The notes under the pieces are model-generated. The model worked only from the letters and a program-made list of their open reading frames with translations, was not told the DNA's origin and ran no database searches. From contig NC_134474.1 in assembly GCF_964194025.1 (NCBI RefSeq), positions 21,576,001-21,640,000 on the forward strand: a stretch of 64,000 bases of DNA. Reading direction: 5' to 3'. This DNA is from Convolutriloba macropyga (taxonomy: Eukaryota). Below, piece by piece: positions 51,237 through 64,000 of this stretch; position 1 is the first letter of the stretch; every line of letters starts with the position of its first letter. The translations under genes and the position numbers were made by a program.

Positions 51237-52536
51237 ATGGCCGATTCTGAGAGTTTGCCATATAAGGCGGACTACGCCAAAAGTGCTCGTGCCGCGTGTA
51301 AACAGTGTAACAATACTATTTCCAAAGAAGTGTTGCGGATTGCAGCTGTAACTCAAAGCACAACGTTTGATGGCAAAATGGTGCGATGGTTCCATTACAG
51401 CTGCTTTTTTGAACGGAATAGACCCAAAACCGTTCTTGACATCGAAGGGTTCAATGAACTACGCTGGGATGATCAGGAAAAAATCAAGAAAAAGCTGGGT
51501 GATAAAGGCGATGGTTCAACTGCTACGACGAAAATAAGTGATTTTCTGGTCGAGTATGCGGCCTCTGGACGTGCAAGCTGCAGAACTTGTGAGGAGAAAC
51601 TTCTAAGAGGCGAGATTCGGATTTCGGTTATGGGACACGACGAACGCTATGGAGCAGTGAAGCGATGGAGGCACCCGAATTGTTTCCAGGAAAGTATGGA
51701 AGAGGTTGGGTTTGCTCATGACGTAAAGAAAGTCCCAGGTTTCTCAAGTTTGAAAAGTGAAGATCAGAAAATGCTGGCTGAGTTATTGAAAATTGAGAAG
51801 TCAAGAAAAAAGCCGAGAGAGGAATCGACTGAAGATACAAAACAGGAAGCTAAGAAAGCAAAAGTGGAGAACGAAGAGCTTGCGAAGCAAAATAAAAAGA
51901 TTTGGAAACTTATTGACAAATTGAAATCTTTGGACAAGAAAGAAGTGAGGTCCTTTGTAGAAGAGAATGTATCGACAATGCCTAGAGGTGATTCTGATTT
52001 GTATCAATGCGCTGCAGATATTCTGCTTTTCGGCGCTTTACCCCCTTGTCCGGAATGTAAGGGTCAGATTTTTGCTAAATCGGATGCTTACCACTGCTCA
52101 GGCCAAGTGTCGGCTTATACTTCGTGTCTGTACACGACTAAAGAGTATAAAAGAAAAGCATTTAAAGTTCCCGGTGAACTTCTAAGTGACCCAGATTCTT
52201 TGTTTAAAGATGTAACCTACAAGCCTAGAACTCGCGTTTTCCCCGAAGTTGCAGCGGTTAAAGCACAAACTGTGTTCAATGCCGAGAGTTCAAAGTTGAG
52301 TGAGAAAGAGCAAAAGAAAAGAGATGATAAATGGAAGAGTGAATTGAAGTCTATGAAGGTGAAGGTCAAAGGAGGTGCGGCAGTTGACCCTCAATCGGGG
52401 TTGGATGATAACAACCATGTGCTCATGTGTACTGATTCGCAGCCGAGTCATCCTTATAGTTGTATTCTGAATTATGTGGATATTGCACGAGGATCGAATT
52501 CGTATTACAAGCTACAGGTCCTGGAGTCTGATGAGG
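51237..52536 (+). CDS. PARP1: Poly(ADP-ribose) polymerase 1, exon 1 (Zn1, Zn2, Zn3/PADR1, start of WGR)
   Basis: Motifs YAKSARAACKQC..WFHYSC, YAASGRASCRTC..WRHPNC, PCPECKG..YHCSG..TSC, KGGAAVDP and NSYYKLQVLE. Donor GAGG|GTAAAT, phase 1. Confidence 0.96.
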
Positions 52537-52721
52537 GTAAATAGCATTTTATAATAATTTGTTTACGGAACCGCTTAATCATTTTATTACACATAATCAT
52601 ATAAATTACTTAAATATTTAATGCAGTATACCAAATGCGCTCCGAAAGAACACCATTGACCCTTATAGATCGATCGTTGTCAGGTGCCTTTGCGGGGAAA
52701 ATAATTAACGTTAGAATTGTT

Positions 52722-55102
52722 TATAGCTGCGAAGCTGTAAGCTGAGCGTAGCTATATTGCGGTGCTCTTGGTTTTTTACGACTCGAAGAGGAGTATTGGT
52801 TTTCTTTAGGTTTTTTTTTTACCGGAAGTACTATTCGTTCAGACGCTGTTTTGACCTAAAAGCGAAAGTGAAAAAATTGCCATGTGAAGTAATTTTTCCT
52901 GAGCGAGAGAAGATTTTTGATCATGCGCTTCGATCGTTGAATGACTTTTTAACTTTGAAAAGTGGTTTTTGTCTGAATGGCACATATAGATAACCGTTTT
53001 CAGCCGTTTTTTCCTCCAAGTGGCCCAGTTTTTTTGCTTTTATTTTCGTTTTTTTTGTAGAATTGTTTTTTATTCTATGCTATGTTGAAATATTAACCTC
53101 GGAAATTGATACCAAAGTGTTTTGCAGAGCCCGAAAATGCGTTGCAAGTTCAAAACTGGCACATATTTTTTGATTTTTTTTTAGTATATTTTTGGCTTTT
53201 TTCTATTAATTTCTTCATTTTTTGGATCCTTCAGCCGTCTTTTTGTCAAAAATCAGTTAATATTGCAACTTCTTTTTGATAATAAATATAGTCAACGTCT
53301 CTCTACATCGATATGTTTTTTAAATAAAATTATACATATGCTAATCCAATTTTAGTATTTTTTTCAGTTTTTCTGTTTTTTGTCTGTAATTTGGTTTTAA
53401 TTCCTAGAAATAGTCTTTTTGTGCAACATGGGAGACCTTAATTTTGTTTCAATAGAAATTCAATCTTTTTTATCGTTAAGTTTTTGAAAAACATTTTTTA
53501 ATTTTTTTTATCATAAATGCAGTTCATTTTTCATAAAGTTTTTTAGCATTGTTTTGCAAATTGTTTCAATGTTTGTTTGAAATCTGATTTTTTTTGTTCT
53601 GTTCAGGAGGATGGATCTTTGTCTCATTTGAGTCCATGTATTTTCTATGTATCGAATGCTGAACAAGGAAATGTTTTCGTTTTTCTTGATTTTTTGAATT
53701 TGATTTTCAACTTTAAAAAATAAAAAATTAGCCTTTGTTACGGTGTTCATTACATTGTGTCCATATGCTTAACATTCTAATTTGTGTCGTTCAAGCATTG
53801 TCTTGGCACCTACGTTTATATTGGTTATGTTTTTATTTTTTCATTTTGAAATTTTAAATGATTTCAGCTTTTTCTTAGGTTTTAGTCATTTCTTTGGTTT
53901 GCAATTGGTTTCATTCTACATAAGGCAGTACTGAGAGTTTTCGATTAACGCTGTTCCACAATTTGCTCTTGTTGCTGTTTGTTCTAATTTTTTCCAGGCT
54001 TTGCTATTGTTTTTAAACAATTTTTTTGCCGTTGAATATTATTCTGTTGCTTATGTCTTTTCTATGATTATTTTATTTTTTAATTTAATATGGAATCATG
54101 TTGTCTAGCATATATACAACAAGGAAGAAGTATATGTTGTTTTAATTGCAGTGATTACAAACCTAATTGTAGTGGTTTTCTGTTTCTTAAATTTCTAAGT
54201 TATTATTATCTGCCGTTTGCTTTTGCTATCTTTTTGAGATAAGAATCATGAATTGTTTGAGGGCAGTTGATAACCTTGTCATCTTTCCAGCCTATCAGTA
54301 TTTTGACCCTCCTAATTACTCAAACTTTTTAACGTTACCGAACAATATCAATGACATGAATTGTTTGAGGGCGATTGATAACCTTGTCATTTTTTTCAGC
54401 CTATCAGTATTTTGATCCTCGTAATTACTCAAACTTTTTTAACATTACCGAACAATATCAATGATATAAAATTTTGCTGCGTTTTTTTTTCTCTTGGTGA
54501 CAGTCGTTTAAATTTCACCAATTTTTTTTTATCAGACCTGAGGAGTTAACGGTTTAATGCAAAAGTTATTGGCTTCAGCTTGAATTACGGTTTTTTCGTG
54601 AAGCTTTGACGCTGCGAGTCGCTTCCGGAGTCCTTCCGGCTATGTTTTTTGTTTCGTCGTCTGACGCTCTTTTTTCGTTTTACATTTGTTCTCACCTCAA
54701 AGCTGAAAAGTCAAATTTTCTGAATGAGTTCTTCCCCTCACTAACTGCTTTTGCGCCCGTGACGTCATTTCTTCTCTAGCAAAAGTTTTTTAGCGTGATT
54801 AGATTTTGATCCTAAGTGACTTACCTCATTCAATAAAAATGACTTTTGCACTTTAAAATTTAAGTTTGTTTTGAATTAGTTTAAGGTCAAAGGAACTTAT
54901 GTGTAATAAGGGTCCGAAATGAAAAGGCTTCTGCGCAATGAATTTTAACAAGCTTTACTAATTTATCGTTTAATTTTTTTACATAGCTTTTTGAGCGGCG
55001 TCGATAACTTTTTCAACTTATATCTGTATCTGTTTCTATCTCTATAACACGGCACGCAAGTCTATTCTTTCGCAGCTATTCCGGCAATCTGCCGGCTATG
55101 TT
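52722..55102 (+). mobile_element. Nested HINE/Helentron-like elements forming most of the PARP1 intron
   Basis: The 5' end TATAGCTGCG...CGTAGCTATA is shared with 35909. Hairpin+CTATGTTT 3' ends lie near 54640 and 55097. Segment 54650-55102 resembles 38745-39208. Confidence 0.6.
54247..54465. repeat. Tandem duplication of ~108 bp
   Basis: CATGAATTGTTTGAGGGC...GAACAATATCAATGA occurs twice. Confidence 0.9.
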
Positions 55103-55522
55103 TTTAAAATTTCAATGAGGGTGTTTAATATGGAAGAAATTGTTTAGAAAAAGAATTTTGGGGCCAAGTTTTTGTGAGCCGAAAAATGGACTTGAGTGGC
55201 TGATTCTGAGAGTCTTTATCGGTAACCACCAGACGGACCAATTTTGGTCAGCACTATTTTTTTAATTTTTTTGGAGCTAGAGCGAGCAATTTTGGCGGTA
55301 GCTACAGGAACTAAACATTTAATTTTGAAAGTCCCGAAATTTCTGTCGCCTTTTATAGAAAAATATCAAATTTTACGTCCTTATGATTTGCGAATAGTCG
55401 TCAATTCCCAATTATGTATATTTTTCTTACATTTGCCAAAATACTGTTCTGTGGTTAATTACATTTTTCGTTTTTCTTTTATTTGAGTTATATTAGTGCT
55501 TATTCATATTAAAGTTTTACAG

Positions 55523-56862
55523 GTTTGAAGAAAGTCTATCACCTCTTCAGAGCCTGGGGTCGACTTGGGACCACAATTGGCGACTACAAGGTCGAGAAAT
55601 TCATGTCAAAGTCATCAGCTGTCGGATTATTCGAGGAACTGTATCTAGATAAAACAGGAAACGATTGGAGTGAAAGACAGAGCTTTGAAAAGAAACCCGG
55701 GAAATTTGCACCTGTTGAGGTGAATTATGACGATAATTCGAGTGCTATTGAGAAACAAGATTTAGAGAAAGGGGAGTCGAAGTTACCACTGGCATTGCAG
55801 AAGCTGATCAAGTTAATTGCAAATTTTGAAAACCTGAAGCGCGACATGTTAGAATACGAAATAGACATGGAAAAAATGCCGCTGGGCCGATTGAGCAAAA
55901 ATCAAATTAACGAAGGCTATAAAGTTTTATCCGAGGCAGCACAATACGCAAATTCTGAAGATAAAGAAAATAACAAAATGAAAATTTTGGATGTTTCGAA
56001 TAGATTTTTCACGATCATACCACACGATTTTGGCATGAGACGTGCGCCTTTGCTGGACAATATTGACATCATTAATGAGAAATGTAAAATGTTGGATAAC
56101 TTGTCGGAGATTGAGAGTGCTTATAAGTTGCTATCAGCAGTTTCGGCTGATGCAGAAAGTGAATCGGAATCAATGTTGGATTCGTACTACGAGAAACTCA
56201 AGTGCAAAATTGAACCAGTCGATAAAGAAGAGGAAATTTTTGCAGACATTCAGCAATATGTCAAAAATACACATGCATCTACGCATAGCCATTACACCTT
56301 GGAAATTGTCGATTTGTTCAAACTGAAACGAAAAGAAGAAACAATTAAGTTCACGCCGTTCACGAACTGGCCTGAAAGAAAATTGCTATGGCACGGATCG
56401 AGGTTATCAAACTTTGCGAGTATTTTGAGCAAGGGTCTCAAAATTGCACCCCCGGAAGCCCCCGTGACTGGTTACATGTTCGGTAAAGGAGTATATTTTG
56501 CGGACATGGTTTCTAAATCGGCCAATTATTGCCATGCTTCACCTGATAAGAACGAAGGATTGCTTTTGCTGTGCGACGTTGCATTGGGAAAAAGTCACTG
56601 TTTGACTTCAGCCAACAGTAGCATTTCGAAGCCTCCAACTTCAACATACAGCGTTATGGGTATGGGTAAAACGTGTCCGGAGCCGACGGAGTTCAAGACT
56701 ACTGAAACGGGTTGTATTATTCCCTATGGAAAGCCGACAGAAAGCGACGTGAAGAGATCTGATTTGCTGTACAACGAGTTTATTGTTTATGATACCTCTC
56801 AGATCAAAATGCAGTACTTGGTGAAAGTGAAGTTCAATTTCTCATACAGTGATATGATTTGA
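55523..56862 (+). CDS. PARP1: PARP1 exon 2 (WGR, regulatory helical domain, catalytic ART domain); spliced product 879 aa
   Basis: Acceptor TTTTACAG| in phase 1 gives ESDEGLKKVYHLFRAWGR. Motifs MPLGRLSK, IPHDFG, LLWHGSR, APPEAPVTGYMFGKGVYFADMVSKSANY and LLYNEF show the H-Y-E triad is intact. Confidence 0.97.
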
Positions 56863-58182
56863 GCAAATCTCTGCAAAACGTTTCGATCTACGTTCAAACT
56901 TTTACAGAGCTTAAGATGTTTTGGAAATTGTTGTTCACTATTTGTGGCGGCTTTTGGAAAATGAACTCCGCATGAAATCACTAATTCCCAAACTTTTTCT
57001 GATGCTTTGTTGAGGGTCATTGTTACTCGGAGTGTATAAATTGAGCTTTTCATTTCAACTAACCTGCTTGAGAGTTTCATTATCTTCATTTCCTGCAATG
57101 ATATATTGTGATTTGTTTTTATCCTTGTGTAGAATCAAAATGTGTGAATTCAGTTTTTGGTTTTCGTTACTTTCGATTCAACGCAATTGATCGATAAGAG
57201 TGCAATGCAGTGTGCTAGCTAATATTTTTGACAGACAAGAGAAAATAGGAGGATCTTTTACCAAATAAATGCATCGGAACAAATTTTTGATGTTCACAGC
57301 TTACAAGAGCTATGTTGATTTCAACAAGTTTTTGATTGTTTTCGGTATCAGGCGTCAGTTTCACCGAAAAATTTTACTTACAATAAAATGTTTTTTAATA
57401 TTTTTAATTAATTGTATAACGAAGAAATTATTGAGTGTAACTTATAAAGCATCCTCTTCAGGAGAGCTCTCATCTCAGTCTCACCTCTAGGGACAGATTA
57501 AAAATCAGTTGGATCTTTTGTGACTGCTATGTTTCAAATTAAAAAAACTGAAATTACTAATAGCAGAGTCTCAAATAGTGCAGCTATCAAAATGCCTAAG
57601 TCCCCCTGGTTTATAGAAAAAGTCAAAAGTGTGAGTCGAGCATAATTTTTGGTCCTTTTAGTCAGGGATACGCCAAAATATTAATGCTATTCAGCTATTG
57701 GTCTTGCGTACCAAGACTAATTTTACGGAATATTTAAATTGGCCAAATCAGATTAGCAAATCAGTCATGTGATATTTGCGCCATTTTATGGAATATGGTG
57801 AAGAAAGATATAAATGGTGAAACATTCGCGCAGCTACGTGATAATTGGTGGTTAAAAATTTTGACCTCCGAAGCTTTTTTAATAGCACGAGTTGTAGAAC
57901 AGCTCATGTCCAATCATCATCCAATCAACAGTCCAATCATTATCATCGTCATTTGAAGCAATAGTGAGAACTAACGATTATGAAGAACGTGTTCTAATTG
58001 CAATTTATTGGACATGTTTTGAAGAAGTTTGCGATTTGCGCCTGCATGCTGACTTCATTCTGTCCAGCAACAAGCTTTCATATCATATGTTCATTATTCA
58101 ATACAGCTGAGTCCTCGTTAAATCTTTTCTGTTAGCGGAACATTAACATAACCTGCAGCTACCGAAAAATGCTACTCAATGC

Positions 58183-58284
58183 CCTGTCTGCATGCATAAT
58201 TTAATCCTCGGTGAGCCACATTTCCCTGGTTGACCTGTCTGCATGCATAATTTAATCCTCGGTTAGCCACATTTCCCTGGTTGA
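58183..58284. repeat. Tandem duplication of 51 bp
   Basis: CCTGTCTGCATGCATAATTTAATCCTCGGT(G/T)AGCCACATTTCCCTGGTTGA occurs twice. Confidence 0.92.
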
Positions 58285-59399
58285 GAGGTCGACTTATGAA
58301 AAGAGCGTGGTCGACCGATATTGGGTATGAAAAGAGTTTATCGACTTAAATGGTCGGGGTTGACCATGGGTTGACCGATACTTGTTATTGTCGATCATGC
58401 GTTCATCAACAAAGGAGCGGAGCCCAATTTGTCGACCAATAAAATTCGGAATCGACCATATGTTGGGCAAAATTTTTGCCATAGAAAAGACCCATGTGAA
58501 GATTTATGACTGGGCATACGGATGAACTATATATTTGAAGTGAACGGATTCACTATTGATGTTCAGCGGTCTGCTGGTTTGGTAATGACTCAGTCCTAAA
58601 ATAAGGTTGTGATGACTCCAGGTTGTTAATCAATTATAGTAATGATGATGCTTTGAAATTTGCGTATCGGAGTTAGCCTCATTGCAAGATAAACAGAACT
58701 CTTAATGCAAAACTACTTTTTACCTTATTTTCGGTTGATATGTAGACTGTGTACAGTATAAAAGGCAACTGACTGGCCCTCAACATCACATATCTCGACC
58801 GAATAGCTCCTATGACTATTTATAAAATAAGTTTTGGTCCCACGGTTTCCCACTAGCCCCACTACCAAGTAGCTCAAAATGCGCAAATCGGGGAAACCAT
58901 AATTGAGTAAAAACGCTCTGCTAATCCCTTCTAAACACGCTTTCCAACTACAAGATAGAATTTTTGGGAAACCATATGACAAAAATTGGCATTTTGAGGG
59001 GAATTCTTATTAAACATGGTATTTTGACCACAAGTTAAAAATAACACAAAATTTTGGGTTATAAATTGCTGGTTGTTTTCCTTGTTGAATTGTTGAAAAT
59101 GAAACCGCTTATTTTTTTAGCGTGTCTAATAGTTTTCAATTGATCCTTTCTTGACTTTTTTAATGACAGTTTCAGGTTTTGGAGCATAGAGTGATTATCG
59201 GAATGTCATAAAAGCAGTAATATTTAAAATAAGAAAAGTACCACTCCCAAGCTAAAACTATGGCACGGAAAAATGTGTTCAATAATCACCAAGGAAGGAT
59301 TAAGTGATAATTTGTTATTCAGAATCAGAAAAGTACCTTTCCCTACTAGTCCCTACCACCTAACCCTATTGGCAATGCATATTATATTGACAACTTCTG

Positions 59400-61100
59400 T
59401 CCCCGTACTTTTTTCGTGTTTGTTTGTAACTCCAACAGATTCGTCAGTTTAAGTAATGCCGCAGACTCATCAACTGCCTTGATACAACTGTCAACTCAGG
59501 CGGAGTTGCGCAGAACTAATGAATACAAAGGGGCAGTAGTATAATGACAGTACATTTTAATACTGTTATTATTGAAATTGCCAATTATCAACATGATCAG
59601 CCGTTGGAAAATAAGCGAGAAGTCCCGTGCTACTTAAACTTATTACCACCAGCTCTTCTATACATAATGAGGGAATTTGCGACTCGTTCAGGATAATAGT
59701 GAGGGGTTAATTGATTGAAATTATTTGGGGAACACATTACATTTCGGAAGAAGTAAGTTCAATGAGTTTTGCGCTGTTCGGATGAAATTTTGAATAGATT
59801 TGAAAGAAGATCAACTAAATTTCTTGAACAGGGACTTCCAAACTGCATCTACTAGATCGACGAAAACATTTGCAAAATTTATTTTGACAAATATATGTAT
59901 ATATGAATACAACAGGTTTTAAACGCATAGAAATCAAGTTTTAATTGATAGGTGAAATTCAAAATTTAACTCGACATGACAATATTAGTTAGCGATAGAA
60001 TGAACAAAGCTAGTCAAACCGGAAATCTAAAAATATTATTTGGGAACATAGTTGCAATAAAACTATGATTCTGCTCAAGATTCAGCTCAGAACAAAGACT
60101 AATTTTTGTATATTCTCCAAACCCGCAATTTTTTGACATGAATAAGCGGTCGATAAGCGTTTTCTCGAACTGTTTGCAAGTAGAGCTGCCAAGAAAATTC
60201 AATGTTTATGTAATCATCACCCGTGATAATTTCCGCAATAGAAGTAGGTGTATGTTCCATCCGACTTGTTGAGGTATCTTGAAATTCAAAAAGTACACAG
60301 CCATGAACAGCCTGTAGAGTCACTGATACAACCCTTGTTTTGACCATCTCAACCTTGAATACCTTTGTTGGAGAACAACTACTGCTCCAGGATATATCAG
60401 GCAACAAGTAAAAATCAACAGCGTTGTTGACATACAGCACTGGTGTAGTATTAAGATTTGTCATTCGACTTCCGCTTAAGTTATTTACCCTAAATTTCAT
60501 CACAACGGGGCCGGTTGTTATCGATTGAGAATATCCAGTCTACCTGAAAGGTTAGTTCGTCGAAGTGGCGAGCGTTTTCCGGTGAGTTGCCGCACCCATC
60601 GAAAAGCGACAGGGAAACAAACAGAAAATGATCAGCTTCAGCTGGTGCTAGAGAAATGAGCGGACCAATTCTCGTTTAGGAATTACTATGTCCTATGACT
60701 TGATCAGCTGATATTAAGTCAACGCTAGTTGTGAGACTTGATAACTAGGTGGAACAGTTTCCTGACAGAGGATCATCACGATCTGAGTTAAACAAAGTAG
60801 GGCTGCAAGACGTCTCATTTTCAGGCAACAATCCTAACATACAGGGAATAATTGCAAAGAACTTTTCATCCGCGCGCATGATCGAACATGTTTGGGTAAA
60901 ATGTGCTAAAAAGTGAGTTCAGGTGTACACATTTCTTACTACTTGCAGCAATGAATAGCAGTCCAATTGCGAAACATTAGGAAAACTGCCAAAAGGCTTA
61001 AGACTTTTTGCTATTATTAAGATAATGCAGTTATCGCAGCTGAACAATATTGTCACATTAGTTGATTGAATGAAACTGGGTAGTTGAATTGTAGTGGTCT
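59400..61100 (-). pseudogene. Possible decayed gene for a Cys-containing extracellular/membrane protein
   Basis: One frame runs ~61100-60490 with only three internal stops, then frame-shifts into ORF 60503-60099 and ORF 60202-60014, which is followed by hydrophobic LALFILSLTNIV. Confidence 0.35.
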
Positions 61101-61269
61101 TCTTTCCTATGTGGCTTTATTCACTTTTTTCCCTTCCAAATTTATAAATTATTATCTAAGAAAACGATGCAGATTTTTTATGGATTGTTAGTTCTTCTAA
61201 TTTGCAAAAAATGAAGGACTATATAAGCTACAATAGTTAGCAATTAAATTGCACGTAAAATATTTTTTG

Positions 61270-61450
61270 TTCCAGGACACGTTTCATTGTCCAGCCAAAT
61301 ACCAGGACACGTTTCATTGTCCAGCCAAATACCAGGACACGTTTTATTTTCGAGCCAAGTTCGCGGGCGGTTGTTTTAGTTCCAGCTAAATTCGAGGACA
61401 TCACTTAAAATCCAGACTAAATCTTTTCATACCAAAAACTATTCAGGACA
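61270..61450. repeat. 30-bp minisatellite (two related 15-bp halves) decaying rightwards
   Basis: CCAGGACACGTTTCATTGTCCAGCCAAATA occurs twice, followed by diverged units. Confidence 0.85.
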
Positions 61451-64000
61451 GTCTTTCATTCCTTATATCGGTCGAGGGCGTTCTTTTCATAATTCCATGT
61501 GTAGATTAGTTAGGGTAATCAGCATTTGGAGTCGTTTAACTAGCTTTAAGTCGTGCCTTGACCAATATCCCAGATCCGAAACAATTTATGAATTCACTCT
61601 TTTGGGATGCAAAACCATCTGTGTTGCTCAAACTTTATCATATGTTCCCACACATGCAAATTGTAGCACGACGCTATCAAATGCAGTGGCGATAATCAGC
61701 AGCATCCTAGTGGAATGAACCAGATCAGTGCGGCTTTTAGTCTTTGCTGATGAAAAAAAAGTTGCTTTAAAATAAAAGTATCGCTTGCCATTAACAAATA
61801 ATGAACCCCGAAGCTAACACTGAAAAACTATAATGAGAAAAATAAACTATACAGAGACGTCGAAACGACAAACAAAATGGGGAGATTTTTAGTAGAAGCA
61901 AAAACAAATAATGCTTGGAAGTATCCAGCAAAATTAAACTAAACTAACAAGTTCCAATGCACCTGTTACATCAATTTCAAATTTACCAGACTCTAACTGT
62001 TTTTAAAACTTAGTGGCAATTAGTGGGTAGTATATATGAAAGGATTCGATATAGTTCTTTGTGATTGATTGAATCTCTTAATTGGTAATTACTTTGTCTT
62101 TTCGTCTCATAGTTTTATAGTTGCCCAACGAACTTAGATTTCGATAGCGTTGTTGAGACAAATCCTTTTTAATGGCTGATAAAAAAACCTAAAAAGAGCT
62201 TTCAATATGGAAAGAAATAATTGTTGTCTCAAAACATCCAACAACATTAAAATAAACAAACATGGTACAATGCATCTTCAATATTGATTTTGATTTCATT
62301 AGACAAAACCCCTTTGGAAATAATGAAAAAAATACGTTTTTTTTTCTTTGCTGTGCAATCAGCTTAGTGGGTGCATGTCATTTGCACTATCTCAAGTGTC
62401 ATATCCGTACATAGTCATTTACTATGTAGTGACAGGTGCTCTGTAGCTCGTGGTGCATAACGTACTGAAAAAAGTTTCCACCAAAACAAAATCCTATTAA
62501 CATTTGATGAAAATTTTATGCATAGCGGATTGTTTATTTGCCAATTCCGTTTCAGGATGGCCAATTCTGTTGGTTTATTTTTTGTTTTCGCTTCCTCACT
62601 TTATCATTTTGTAATTGAAAAGATAAGTGGAGTAGTGGTAATGTTTTTGGTTGGGGGTTCTTTTTATATTTTGGAATAAACCCCTACTTTTCTCTAAAGC
62701 TTTGTCTAAAGTTTTAAATTTGTATAAAGAATGCAAGACATACTTTAATTTTTTTGAAAAGACTACAATAACCTGGTTTCGGAAGTGCAACAGATGGGTG
62801 CAGAGAACTGAATCAATTTCTATATAGTTTCAGGGACACATTTTGGTGGACAATATAGAAATTTTTGTTCTGTTTTTTTTTCACACATTAATTTAGCTTT
62901 CAAAAAACATATAAACTACGTTTTGACGTTTCCACTGTTATCCTGTGCTATGAGTCACTTATTTTACACCACGGCATTGTACTGATACTGGTCGTCACTT
63001 GACTAGGACCCCTGTGACATACTGATGACCTGTCGAGTGAATATCAAATTATGCTACAAGATTCATGCCATACGAGGTGCAAACAAACGTCTAGTCTACA
63101 TTTTTTTTATCTACAGCTTTTTTTAATCCACAATTATAATCTCGGCGATAGAATGCATCCAAATATCTTGATTATCTCGCCTTTACTTTCTCCTCGTTTT
63201 TAGAGGATCATGTTGAATTTGAAAATAATATTGAGGGCTATTGTGAAAACTGCTCTCGAAACATTTATTGAGGAGAAAAATCAATGTTACTTGTGGGAAA
63301 TGAGGAATATATTAAAAAGGTTATGAGCTTTGTGGAAGAAATTAACACTCTAGTAACGGGATAAGTTGAGTTCTAACGTGGACTTGACGGGTTCTGCAGA
63401 TGAGATTGGTGAATGCGTGGACACAAGTGCAAGCAAAGTTTATTGCAAAAACGCTAGAGGGTTTTAGTGCTGGAAACAGACGTTAGCCCTGCAAGATTTT
63501 TGTTAAACTTACAAAAAATTTTGCGAGCATCAACGATATTTTGATGCCTTACCGGATGAATTCCTTTATCTGTCTCCAAAACAGACATAAGACATGTTGC
63601 TGGCAATGTATGCGTCTCTTACTTTACTTCTCCGTCTGTTTTAAGAAGGGGCTCAAATTTGGACGCTATATATGCACAACGCTATCAAGACAGACACTAA
63701 TTTACTGCAGAAGCCAGATGAAAGAAGGTTAATTACGGGGGAAAATAAGTATTGATAATAGTATACTAAATAGTTAAAATAGTATGAATAGTTATGAATA
63801 GTTATAAGTAGTCTGAATAGTTATACAGTTAGAATAGTAGCAAAGTTAGAAAAAAATTTACAAAAGCTAAAACTCAGAAACGCAGCAGTGTCTCACCCAC
63901 TCTGGTCGTCGTTTTTTTTTTTAAATGTTTGGGGACAACACGATCAGCCGCCTTAAAGAAATACTTTCCAATAATGAATAAGTCAAACCAAGACTTTCAC

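Noticed and set aside
51237-56862. Two separate PARP genes (DNA-binding-only and catalytic-only)
   Set aside because: A canonical phase-1 GT-AG intron joins them seamlessly within the WGR domain.
63205-63760. Possible plus-strand exon after acceptor TCTCCTCGTTTTTAG
   Set aside because: All frames are interrupted by stops and there is no recognisable motif; at most a decayed relic.

Overview
AT-rich metazoan (invertebrate-type) genomic DNA; the taxon cannot be determined from the sequence. There are three co-oriented, intron-poor host genes on the + strand. (1) An intronless EHD/RME-1 endocytic ATPase at 19666-21312. (2) A three-exon gene of about 955 aa (24099-26373, 34838-35092, 40917-41254) that the ORF track splits into unrelated pieces. 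It encodes three putative nucleoplasmin-like repeats, a catalytically intact SGNH/GDSL esterase and an acidic/basic tail, and is the most unusual item in the window. (3) A two-exon PARP1 (51237-52536, 55523-56862) that lacks the BRCT domain. A complete 7.5-kb BEL/Pao LTR retrotransposon lies at 6910-14386 on the minus strand. It has identical 220-bp LTRs, a CTATT target-site duplication, one nonsense codon in RT, a Gly/Ser repeat insertion in pol and a structured 5' leader. Most remaining DNA is large-unit tandem arrays (about 615 bp with a dimeric higher-order pattern, about 2.06 kb x3, 622 bp x2, about 730 bp x7) and nested non-autonomous elements with Helentron/HINE-like ends. There is also a tRNA-derived fragment and decayed coding relics. 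All domain calls were made by eye and need HMM or structure confirmation.
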